From Antedon mediterranea (taxonomy: Eukaryota > Animalia > Echinodermata), in the NCBI RefSeq assembly GCF_964355755.1, contig NC_092675.1:12705812-12769811 (forward strand): 64,000 bases of DNA. The letters run 5' to 3'. The translations under genes and the position numbers were made by a program. The notes beneath the pieces are model-generated. The model was not told the DNA's origin. It made no database searches and saw only the letters and a list, made by a program, of their open reading frames with translations. Of the stretch, positions 43,401 to 56,388 are shown in pieces (position 1 is the stretch's first letter; each line of letters begins with the position of its first letter).

Positions 43401-46400
43401 TTTGTGATTTTCGAAAAAACTTGTTAACATAAAAACATCAAAGTGTACAGAATAACTTCAAATCGCATTTGGAGACCGTTTTAGGCCAATTTGTGATTTT
43501 CGAAAAAACTTGTTAACCTAAAAATACCAAAGTGTTTAGAATAGCTTCAAATCGCATTTGGAGACGTTTTAGAACATTTTGTGATTTTCGAAAAAACTTG
43601 TTAACATAAAAACACCAAAGTGCTTCAAATCGCATTTGGAGACATTTTAGACCAATTTGTGATTTTTGAAAAAACTTGTTAACATAAAAACACCAAAGTG
43701 CTTACAATAGCTTCAAATCGTATTTGGAGACGTTTTAGACCATTTTGTGATTTTCGAAAAAACTTGTTAACATAAAAACACCAAAGTACTTAGAATAGCT
43801 TCAAATCGCATTTGGAGACGTTTTAGACCATTTTATGCATTTCGATGAAACTTGGTTACACAAAAACATCAAAGTGCTTAAAATCACATTATAATCCGTT
43901 TTAGACCATTTTGAGCATTTCGATAACACTTTTCACACAAAAACATCAAAGAGCACAAAATAGCTTAATATCGTATTTAAAAACTTTTTAGACCATTTTG
44001 AGCATTTCGACAAAACTTTTTCACACAAAACACCAAAGTGCTTAGAATAGCTTCAAATCGCATTTGGAGACGTTTTAGACCATTTTGTGATTTTCGAAAA
44101 AAATTGTTAACATAAAAACATCAAAGTGTACAGAATAGCTTCAAATCGCATTTGGAGACCGTTTTAGGCCAATTTGTGATTTTCGAAAAAACTTGTTAAC
44201 CTAAAAATACCAAAGTGTTTAGAATAGCTTCAAATCGCATTTGGAGACGTTTTAGACCATTTTGTGATTTTCGAAAAAACTTGTTAACATAAAAACACCA
44301 AAGTGCTTCAAATCGCATTTGAGACATTTTAGACCAATTTGTGATTTTTGAAAAAACTTGTTAACATAAAAACACCAAAGTGCTTACAATAGCTTCAAAT
44401 CGTATTTGGCGACGTTTTAGACCATTTTGTGATTTTCGAAAAAACTTGTTAACATAAAAACACCAAAGTACTTAGAATAGCTTCAAATCGCATTTGGAGA
44501 CGTTTTAGACCATTTTATGCATTTCGATGAAACTTGGTTACACAAAAACATCAAAGTGCTTAAAATCACATTATAATCCGTTTTAGACCATTTTGAGCAT
44601 TTCGATAACACTTTTCACACAAAAACATCAAAGAGCACAAAATAGCTTAATATCGTATTTAAAAACGTTTTAGACCATTTTGAGCATTTAGACAAAACTT
44701 TTTCACACAAAACACCAAAGTGCTTAGAATAGCTTCAAATCGCATTTGGAGACGTTTTAGAACATTTTGTGTTTTTCGAAAAAAACTGTTAACATAAAAA
44801 CACCAAAGTGCTTAGAATAGCTTCAAATCGCATTTGGAGACGTTTTAGAACATTTTGTGTTCTTCGAAAAAACCTGTTAACATAAAAACACCAAAGTGCT
44901 TAGAATAGCTTCAAATCGCATTTGGAGACGTTTTAGACCATTTTGTGATTTTTGAAAAAACTTGTTAACATAAAAACACCAAAGTGCTTAGAATAGCTTC
45001 AAATCACATTTGGAGACGTTTTAGACCATTTTGTGATTTTCGAAAAAACTTGTTAACATAAAAACACGAAAGTGGTTAGAATAGCTTCAAATCGCATTTG
45101 GAAACGTTTTAGACCATTTTGTGATTTTAGAAAAAGATTGTTAACATAAAAACACCAAAGTGCTTAGAATCACAATATAAACCGTTTTAGACCATTTTGA
45201 GCATTTCGATAACAATTTTCACACAAAAACATCAAAGAGCACAAAATAGCTTAATATCGTATTTAAAAATGTTTTAGACAATTTTGAGCATTTAGATAAA
45301 ACTTTTTCACACAAAACACCAAAGTGCTTAGAATAGCTTCAAATCGCATTTGGAGACGGTTTAGACCATTTTGTGATTTTGAAAAAACTTGTTAACATAA
45401 AAACACCAAAGTGCTTAGAATAGCTTCAAATCGTATTTGGAGACGTTTTAGACCATTTTGAGATTTTCGAAAAAACTTGGTTACACAAAAACATCAAAGT
45501 GCTTAAAATCACATTATAAACCGTTTTAGACCATTTTGAACATTTCGATAACACTTTTCACACAAAAACATCAAAGAGCACAAAATAGCTTAATATCGTA
45601 TTTAAAAACGTTTTAGACCATTTTGAGCATTTCGACAAAACTTTTTCACACAAAACACCAAAGTGCTTAGAATAGCTTCAAATCGCATTTGGAGACGTTT
45701 TAGACCAATTTGTGCATTTCGATGAAACTTGATTACACAAAAACATCAACGTGCTTAAAATCACATTATAAACCGTTTTAGACCATTTTGAGCATTTCGA
45801 TAACACTTTTCACACAAAAACATCAAAGAGCACAAAATAGCTTAATATCGTATTTAAAAACGTTTTAGACCATTTTGAGCATTTAGACAAAACTTTTTCA
45901 CACAAAACACCAAAGTGCTTAGAATAGCTTCAAATCGCATTTGGAGACGTTTTAGACCATTTTGTGCATTTCGATGAAACTTGGTTACACAAAAACATCA
46001 AAGTGCTTAAAATGACATTATAAATCGTTTTAGACCATTTTGAGCATTTCGACAAAACTTTTTCACACAAAATACCAAAGGGCTTAGAATAGCTTCAAAT
46101 CGCATTTGGAGACGTTTTAGACCATTTTGTGATTTTCGAAAAAACTTTTTAACATAAAAACACCAAAGTGCTTAGAATAGCTTCAAATCACATTTGGAGA
46201 CGTTTTAGACCATTTTGTGATTTTCGAAAAAACTTGTTAACATAAAAACACGAAAGTGCTTAGAATAGCTTCAAATCGCATTTGGAAACGTTTTAGACCA
46301 TTTTGTGATATTCGAAAAAAATTGTTAACATAAAAACACCAAAGTGCTTAGAATCACATTATAAACCGTTTTAGACCATTTTGAGCATTTCGATAACAAT

Positions 46401-49400
46401 TTTCACACAAAAACATCAAAGAGCACAAAATAGCTTAATATCGTATTTAAAAATGTTTTAGACCATTTTGAGCATTTAGATAAAATTTTTCACACAAAAC
46501 ACCAAAGTGCTTAGAATAGCTTCAAATCGCATTTGGAGACGGTTTAGACCATTTTGTGATTTTGAAAAAACTTGTTAACATAAAAACACCAAAGTGCTTA
46601 GAATAGCTTCAAATCGCATTTGGAGACGTTTTAGACCATTTTGTGATTTTCGAAAAAACTTGTTAACATAAAAACACCAAAGTGCTTAGAATAGCTTCAA
46701 ATCGTATTTGGAGACGTTTTAGACCATTTTGAGATTTTCGAAAAAACTTGGTTAAACAAAAACATCAAAGTGCTTAAAATCACATTATAAACCGTTTTAG
46801 ACCATTTTGAGCATTTCGATAACACTTTTCACACAAAAACATCAAAGAGCACAAAATAGCTTAATATCGTATTTAAAAACGTTTTAGACCATTTTGAGCA
46901 TTTAGACAAAACTTTTTCACACAAAACACCAAAGTGCTTAGAATAGCTTCAAATCGCATTTGGAGACGTTTTAGACCATTTTGTGATTTTTGAAAAAACT
47001 TGTTAACATAAAAACACCAAAGTGCTTAGAATAGCTTCAAATCACATTTGGAGACGTTTTAGACCATTTTGTGATTTTCGAAAAAACTTGTTAACATAAA
47101 AACACGAAAGTGCTTAGAATAGCTTCAAATCGCATTTGGAAACGTTTTAGACCATTTTGTGATTTTCGAAAAAACTTGTTAACATAAAAACACGAAAGTG
47201 CTTAGAATCACATTATAAACCGTTTTAGACCATTTTGAGCATTTCGATAACAATTTTCACACAAAAACATCAAAGAGCACAAAATAGCTTAATATCGTAT
47301 TTAAAAATGTTTTAGACCATTTTGAGCATTTAGATAAAACTTTTTCACACAAAACACCAAAGTGCTTAGAATAGCTTCAAATCGCATTTGGAGACGTTTT
47401 AGACCATTTTGTGATTTTCGAAAAAACTTGTTAACATAAAAACACGAAAGTGCTTAGAATAGCTTCAAATCGCATTTGGAAACGTTTTAGACCATTTTGT
47501 GATTTTCGAAAAAAATTGTTAACATAAAAACACCAAAGTGTTTAGAATAGCTTCAAATCGCATTTGGAGACGTTTTAGACCAATTTGTGATTTTCGAAAA
47601 AACTTATCAACATAAAAACACCAAAGGGTTTAGAATAGCTTCAAATCGCATTTGGAGACGTTTTAGACCATTTTGTGATTTTGAAAAAACTTGTTAACAT
47701 AAAAACACCAAAGTGCTTAGAATAGCTTCAAATCGCATTTGGAGACGTTTTAGACCATTTTGTGATTTTCGAAAAAACTTGTTAACATAAAAACACCAAA
47801 GTGCTTAGAATAGCTTCAAATCGTATTTGGAGACGTTTTAGACCATTTTGAGATTTTCGAAAAAACTTGGTTACACAAAAACATCAAAGTGCTTAAAATC
47901 ACATTATAAACCGTTTTAGACCATTTTGAGCATTTCGGTAACACTTTTCACACAAAAACATCAAAGAGCACAAAATAGCTTAATATCGTATTTAAAAACG
48001 TTTTAGACCATTTTGAGCATTTAGACAAAACTTTTTCACACAAAACACCAAAGTGCTTAGAATAGCTTCAAATCGCATTTGGAGACGTTTTAGACCATTT
48101 TGTGCATTTCGATGAAACTTGGTTACACAAAAACATCAAAGTGCTTAAAATCACATTATAAATCGTTTTAGACCATTTTGAGCATTTCGACAAAACTTTT
48201 TCACACAAAATACCAAAGTGCTTAGAATAGCTTCAAATCGCATTTGGAGACGTTTTAGACCATTTTGTGATTTTTGAAAAAACTTGTTAACATAAAAACA
48301 CAAAAGTGCTTAGAATAGCTTCAAATCACATTTGGAGACGTTTTAGACCATTTTGTGATTTTCGAAAAAACTTGTTAACATAAAAACACGAAAGTGCTTA
48401 GAATAGCTTCAAATCGCATTTGGAAACGTTTTAGACCATTTTGTGATTTTCGAAAAAACTTGTTAACATAAAAACATGAAAGTGCTTAGAATAGCTTCAA
48501 ATCGTATTTGGAGACGTTTTAGACCATTTTGTGATTTTCGAAAAAACTTGTTAACATAAAAACACCAATGTGCTTAGAAAAGCTTCAAATCGCATTTTGA
48601 GACGTTTTAGACCATTTTGTGCATTTCGATGAAACTTGGTTACACAAAAACATCAAAGTGCTTAAAATCACATTATAAACCATTTTAGACCATTTTGAGC
48701 ATTTCGATAACACTTTTCACACAAAAACATCAAAGAGCACAAAATAGCTTAATATCGTATTTAAAAACGTTTTAGACCATTTTGAGCATTTCGACAAAAC
48801 TTTTTCACACAAAACACCAAAGTGCTTAGAATAGCTTCAAATCGCATTTGGAGACGTTTTAGACCATTTTGTGATTTTCGAAAAAACTTGTTAACATAAA
48901 AACATCAAAGTGTACAGAATAACTTCAAATCGCATTTGGAGACCGTTTTAGGCCAATTTGTGATTTTCGAAAAAACTTGTTAACCTAAAAACACCAAAGT
49001 GTTTAAAATAGCTTCAAATCGCATTTGGAGACGTTTTAGACCATTTTGTGATTTTCGAAAAAACTTGTTAACATAAAAACACCAAAGTGCTTCAAATCGC
49101 ATTTGGAGACATTTTAGACCAATTTGTGATTTTTGAAAAAACTTGTTAACATAAAAACACCAAAGTGCATACAATAGCTTCAAATCGTATTTGGAGACGT
49201 TTTAGACCATTTTGTGATTTTCGAAAAAACGTGTTAACATAAAAACACCAAAGTACTTAGAATAGCTTCAAATCGCATTTGGAGACGTTTTAGACCATTT
49301 TATGCATTTCGATGAAACTTGGTTACACAAAAACATCAATGTGCTTAAAATCACATTATAATCCGTTTTAGACCATTTTGAGCATTTCGATAACACTTTT

Positions 49401-52400
49401 CACACAAAAACATCAAAGAGCACAAAATAGCTTAATATCGTATTTAAAAACGTTTTAGACCATTTTGAGCATTTAGACAAAACTTTTTCACACAAAACAC
49501 CAAAGTGTTTAGAATAGCTTCAAATCGCATTTGGAGACGTTTTAGACCATTTTGTGATTTTCGAAAAAACTTGTTAACATAAAAACACCAAAGTGCTTCA
49601 AATCGCATTTGAGACATTTTAGACCAATTTGTGATTTTTGAAAAAACTTGTTAACATAAAAACACCAAAGTGCTTACAATAGCTTCAAATCGTATTTGGA
49701 GACGTTTTAGACCATTTTGTGATTTTCGAAAAAACTTGTTAACATAAAAACACCAAAGTACTTAGAATAGCTTCAAATCGCATTTGGAGACGTTTTAGAC
49801 CATTTTATGCATTTCGATGAAACTTGGTTACACAAAAACATCAAAGTGCTTAAAATCACATTATAATCCGTTTTAGACCATTTTGAGCATTTCGATAACA
49901 CTTTTCACACAAAAACATCAAAGAGCACAAAATAGCTTAATATCGTATTTAAAAACTTTTTAGACCATTTTGAGCATTTCGACAAAACTTTTTCACACAA
50001 AACACCAAAGTGCTTAGAATAGCTTCAAATCGCATTTGGAGACGTTTTAGACCATTTTGTGATTTTCGAAAAAAATTGTTAACATAAAAACATCAAAGTG
50101 TACAGAATAGCTTCAAATCGCATTTGGAGACCGTTTTAGGCCAATTTGTGATTTTCGAAAAAACTTGTTAACCTAAAAATACCAAAGTGTTTAGAATAGC
50201 TTCAAATCGCATTTGGAGACGTTTTAGACCATTTTGTGATTTTCGAAAAAACTTGTTAACATAAAAACACCAAAGTGCTTAGAATAGCTTCAAATCACAT
50301 TTGGAGACGTTTTAGACCATAAGTGCTTAGAATCACATTATAAACCGTTTTAGACCATTTTGAGCATTTCGATAACAATTTTCACACAAAAACATCAAAG
50401 AGCACAAAATAGCCTAATATCGTATTTAAAAATGTTTTAGACCATTTTGAGCATTTAGATAAAACTTTTTCACACAAAACAACAAAGTGCTTAGAATAGC
50501 TTCAAATCGCATTTGGAGACGTTTTAGACCATTTTGTGATTTTTGAAAAAACTTGTTAACATAAAAACACCAAAGTGCTTAGAATAGCTTCAAATCACAT
50601 TTGGAGACGTTTTAGACCATTTTGTGATTTTCGAAAAAACTTGTTAACATAAAAACACGAAAGTGCTTAGAATAGCTTCAAATCGCATTTGGAAACGTTT
50701 TAGACCATTTAGTGATTTTCGAAAAAACTTGTTAACATAAAAACACGAAAGTGCTTAGAATAGCTTCAAATCGCATTTGGAAACGTTTTAGACCATTTTG
50801 TGATTTTCGAAAAAAATTGTTAACATAAAAACACCAAAGTGTTTAGAATAGCTTCAAATCGCATTTGGAGACGTTTTAGACCAATTTGTGATTTTCGAAA
50901 AAACTTATCAACATAAAAACACCAAAGGGTTTAGAATAGCTTCAAATCGCATTTGGAGACGTTTTAGACCATTTTGTGATTTTCGAAAAAACTTGTTAAC
51001 ATAAAAACACGAAAGTGCTTAGAATAGCTTCAAATCGCATTTGGAAACGTTTTAGACCATTTTGTGATTTTCGAAAAAACTTGTTAACATAAAAACATGA
51101 AAGTGCTTAGAATAGCTTCAAATCGTATTTGGAGACGTTTTAGACCATTTTGTGATTTTCGAAAAAACTTGTTAACATAAAAACACCAATGTGCTTAGAA
51201 TAGCTTCAAATCGCATTTTGAGACGTTTTAGACCATTTTGTGCATTTCGATGAAACTTGGTTACACAAAAACATCAAAGTGCTTAAAATCACATTATAAA
51301 CCATTTTAGACCATTTTGAGCATTTCGATAACACTTTTCACACAAAAACATCAAAGAGCACAAAATAGCTTAATATCGTATTTAAAAACGTTTTAGACCA
51401 TTTTGAGCATTTCGACAAAACTTTTTCACACAAAACACCAAAGTGCTTAGAATAGCTTCAAATCGCATTTGGAGACGTTTTAGACCATTTTGTGATTTTC
51501 GAAAAAACTTGTTAACATAAAAACATCAAAGTGTACAGAATAACTTCAAATCGCATTTGGAGACCGTTTTAGGCCAATTTGTGATTTTCGAAAAAACTTG
51601 TTAACCTAAAAATATCAAAGTGTTTAGAATAGCTTCAAATCGCATTTGGAGACGTTTTAGACCATTTTGTGATTTTCGAAAAAACTTGTTAACATAAAAA
51701 CACCAAAGTGCTTCAAATCGCATTTGGAGACATTTTAGACCAATTTGTGATTTTTGAAAAAACTTGTTAACATAAAAACACCAAAGTGCTTACAATAGCT
51801 TCAAATCGTATTTGGAGACGTTTTAGACCATTTTGTGATTTTCGAAAAAACTTGTTAACATAAAAACACCAAAGTACTTAGAATAGCTTCAAATCGCATT
51901 TGGAGACGTTTTAGACCATTTTATGCATTTCGATGAAACTTGGTTACACAAAAACATCAATGTGCTTAAAATCACATTATAATCCGTTTTAGACCATTTT
52001 GAGCATTTCGATAACACTTTTCACACAAAAACATCAAAGAGCACAAAATAGCTTAATATCGTATTTAAAAACTTTTTAAACCATTTTGAGCATTTCGACA
52101 AAACTTTTTCACACAAAACACCAAAGTGCTTAGAATAGCTTCAAATCGCATTTGGAGACGTTTTAGACCAATTTGTGATTTTTGAAAAAACTTGTTAACA
52201 TAAAATCACCAAAGTGCTTAGAATAGCTTCAAATCGCATTTGGAGACGTTTTAGACCATTTTGTGATTTTCGAAAAAAATTGTTAACATAAAAACATCAA
52301 AGTGTACAGAATAGCTTCAAATCGCATTTGGAGACCGTTTTAGGCCAATTTGTGATTTTCGAAAAAACTTGTTAACCTAAAAATACCAAAGTGTTTAGAA

Positions 52401-53496
52401 TAGCTTCAAATCGCATTTGGAGACGTTTTAGACCATTTTGTGATTTTCGAAAAAACTTGTTAACATAAAAACACCAAAGTGCTTAGAATAGCTTCAAATC
52501 GCATTTGGAGACATTTTAAACCAATTTGTGATTTTCTAAAAAACTTATCAACATAAAAACACCAAAGGGTTTAGAATATCTTCAAATCGCATTTGGAGAC
52601 GTTTTAGACCATTTTGTGATTTTCGAAAAAACTTGTTAACATAAAAACACCAAAGTGCTTAGAATAGCTTCAAATCGCATTTGGAGACGTTTTAGACCAA
52701 TTTGTGATTTTCGAAAAAACTTATCAACATAAAAACACCAAAGGGTTTAGAATAGCTTCATTTGGAGACGTTTTAGACCATTTTGTGATTTTGAAAAAAC
52801 TTGTTAACATAAAAACACCAAAGTGCTTAGAATAGCTTCAAATCGCATTTGGAGACGTTTTAGACCATTTTGTGATTTTCGAAAAAACTTGTTAACATAA
52901 AAACACCAAAGTGCTTAGAATAGCTTCAAATCGTATTTGGAGACGTTTTAGACCATTTTGAGATTTTCGAAAAAACTTGGTTACACAAAAACATCAAAGT
53001 GCTTAAAATCACATTATAAACCGTTTTAGACCATTTTGAGCATTTCGATAACACTTTTCACACAAAAACATCAAAGAGCACAAAATAGCTTAATATCGTA
53101 TTTAAAAACGTTTTAGACCATTTTGAGAATTTAGACAAAACTTTTTCACACAAAACACCAAAGTGCTTAGAATAGCTTCAAATCGCATTTGGATACGTTT
53201 TAGAACATTTTGGGTTTTTCGAAAAAAACTGTTAACATAAAAACACCAAAGTGCTTAGAATAGCTTCAAATCGCATTTGGAGACGTTTTAGAACATTTTG
53301 TGTTCTTCGAAAAAACCTGTTAACATAAAAACACCAAAGGGCTTAGAATAGCTTCAAATCGCATTTGGAGACGTTTTAGACCATTTTGTGATTTTTGAAA
53401 AAACTTGTTAACATGAAAACACCAAAGTGCTTAGAATAGCTTCAAATCGCATTTGGAGACGTTTTAGACCATTTTGTGATTTTTGAAAAAACTTGT
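31441..53496 (+). repeat. 11,028-bp near-identical tandem duplication (about 31441-42468 and 42469-53496)
   Basis: Private variants recur at offset 11028: catttctataac 32211/43239, tttggcgacg, aaatgacatt, ggttaaacaa, acgtgttaac, atagcctaat, ggatacg, and the identical spurious ORFs at 37952/48980. Confidence 0.95.
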
Positions 53497-56388
53497 TAAC
53501 ATAAAAACACCAAAGTGCTTAGAATAGCTTCAAATCACATTTGGAGACGTTTTAGACCATTTTGTGATTTTCGAAAAAACTTGTTAACATAAAAACACGA
53601 AAGTGCTTAGAATAGCTTCAAATCGCATTTGGAAACGTTTTAGACCATTTAGTGATTTTCGAAAAAACTTGTTAACATAAAAACACGAAAGTGCTTAGAA
53701 TAGCTTCTTTAGAGCTTTTTGAGCATTTCGAAAACTTTTACATAAAACATCAAAGTGCAATAGCTTCAAATCGCATTTAGGAGACGTTTTAGACCATTTT
53801 GTGCATTTCGAAAAAACTTTTCACACAAAAACATCAAATTGCACACAATAGCTTAATACCGTGTTTGAAATCGTTTTAAACCATTTTTGAGCATGTCGAT
53901 AAAACTTTTCACACAAAAACTTTCGAAAAAACTTGTTAACATAAAAACACGAAAGTGCTTAGAATAGCTTCAAATCGCATTTGGAAACGTTTTAGACCAT
54001 TTTGTGATTTTCGAAAAAACTTGTTAACATAAAAACATGAAAGTGCTTAGAATAGCTTCAAATCGTATTTGGAGACGTTTTAGACCATTTTGTGATTTTC
54101 GAAAAAACTTGTTAACATAAAAACACCAATGTGCTTAGAATAGCTTCAAATCGCATTTTGAGACGTTTTAGACCATTTTGTGCATTTCGATGAAACTTGG
54201 TTACACAAAAACATCAAAGTGCTTAAAATCACATTATAAACCATTTTAGACCATTTTGAGCATTTCGATAACACTTTTCACACAAAAACATCAAAGAGCA
54301 CAAAATAGCTTAATATCGTATTTAAAAACGTTTTAGACCATTTTGAGCATTTCGACAAAACTTTTTCACACAAAACACCAAAGTGCTTAGAATAGCTTCA
54401 AATCGCATTTGGAGACGTTTTAGACCATTTTGTGATTTTCGAAAAAACTTGTTAACATAAAAACATCAAAGTGTACAGAATAACTTCAAATCGCATTTGG
54501 AGACCGTTTTAGGCCAATTTGTGATTTTCGAAAAAACTTGTTAACCTAAAAATATCAAAGTGTTTAGAATAGCTTCAAATCGCATTTGGAGACGTTTTAG
54601 ACCATTTTGTGATTTTCGAAAAAACTTGTTAACATAAAAACACCAAAGTGCTTCAAATCGCATTTGGAGACATTTTAGACCAATTTGTGATTTTTGAAAA
54701 AACTTGTTAACATAAAAACACCAAAGTGCTTACAATAGCTTCAAATCGTATTTGGAGACGTTTTAGACCATTTTGTGATTTTCGAAAAAACTTGTTAACA
54801 TAAAAACACCAAAGTACTTAGAATAGCTTCAAATCGCATTTGGAGACGTTTTAGACCATTTTATGCATTTCGATGAAACTTGGTTACACAAAAACATCAA
54901 TGTGCTTAAAATCACATTATAATCCGTTTTAGACCATTTTGAGCATTTCGATAACACTTTTCACACAAAAACATCAAAGAGCACAAAATAGCTTAATATC
55001 GTATTTAAAAACTTTTTAAACCATTTTGAGCATTTCGACAAAACTTTTTCACACAAAACACCAAAGTGCTTAGAATAGCTTCAAATCGCATTTGGAGACG
55101 TTTTAGACCAATTTGTGATTTTTGAAAAAACTTGTTAACATAAAATCACCAAAGTGCTTAGAATAGCTTCAAATCGCATTTGGAGACGTTTTAGACCATT
55201 TTGTGATTTTCGAAAAAAATTGTTAACATAAAAACATCAAAGTGTACAGAATAGCTTCAAATCGCATTTGGAGACCGTTTTAGGCCAATTTGTGATTTTC
55301 GAAAAAACTTGTTAACCTAAAAATACCAAAGTGTTTAGAATAGCTTCAAATCGCATTTGGAGACGTTTTAGACCATTTTGTGATTTTCGAAAAAACTTGT
55401 TAACATAAAAACACCAAAGTGCTTAGAATAGCTTCAAATCGCATTTGGAGACATTTTAAACCAATTTGTGATTTTCTAAAAAACTTATCAACATAAAAAC
55501 ACCAAAGGGTTTAGAATATCTTCAAATCGCATTTGGAGACGTTTTAGACCATTTTGTGATTTTCGAAAAAACTTGTTAACATAAAAACACCAAAGTGCTT
55601 AGAATAGCTTCAAATCGCATTTGGAGACGTTTTAGACCAATTTGTGATTTTCGAAAAAACTTATCAACATAAAAACACCAAAGGGTTTAGAATAGCTTCA
55701 TTTGGAGACGTTTTAGACCATTTTGTGATTTTGAAAAAACTTGTTAACATAAAAACACCAAAGTGCTTAGAATAGCTTCAAATCGCATTTGGAGACGTTT
55801 TAGACCATTTTGTGATTTTCGAAAAAACTTGTTAACATAAAAACACCAAAGTGCTTAGAATAGCTTCAAATCGTATTTGGAGACGTTTTAGACCATTTTG
55901 AGATTTTCGAAAAAACTTGGTTACACAAAAACATCAAAGTGCTTAAAATCACATTATAAACCGTTTTAGACCATTTTGAGCATTTCGATAACACTTTTCA
56001 CACAAAAACATCAAAGAGCACAAAATAGCTTAATATCGTATTTAAAAACGTTTTAGACCATTTTGAGAATTTAGACAAAACTTTTTCACACAAAACACCA
56101 AAGTGCTTAGAATAGCTTCAAATCGCATTTGGATACGTTTTAGAACATTTTGGGTTTTTCGAAAAAAACTGTTAACATAAAAACACCAAAGTGCTTAGAA
56201 TAGCTTCAAATCGCATTTGGAGACGTTTTAGAACATTTTGTGTTCTTCGAAAAAACCTGTTAACATAAAAACACCAAAGGGCTTAGAATAGCTTCAAATC
56301 GCATTTGGAGACGTTTTAGACCATTTTGTGATTTTTGAAAAAACTTGTTAACATGAAAACACCAAAGTGCTTAGAATAGCTTCAAATC
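50483..56388 (+). repeat. 2,940-bp tandem duplication (about 50483-53422 and 53423-56388)
   Basis: The printed 60-base lines match at offset 2940 (51001 vs 53941, 52501 vs 55441, 53161 vs 56101), including the private variants aatatcaaag, tttttaaacc, taaaatcacc, ttttctaaa, tgggtttttc and acatgaaaac. Confidence 0.95.
53708..53920 (+). repeat. 213-bp diverged satellite patch (about 2.5 degenerate monomers of the same family), unique in the window
   Basis: It runs tttagagctttttgagcatttcgaaaacttttacata...aaattgcacacaatagcttaataccgtgtttgaaatcgttttaaaccatttttgagcatgtcgataaaacttttcacacaaaaac, with many substitutions and indels not seen elsewhere in the window. Confidence 0.93.

Noticed and set aside
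48980-49183. Identical 67-aa ORF
   Set aside because: It is a copy produced by the 11,028-bp duplication, not evidence of protein conservation.
8640-53920. The deletion at about 8658 and the patch at 53708 are both 213 bp
   Set aside because: The patch sequence does not match the deleted segment, so I treat this as coincidence.
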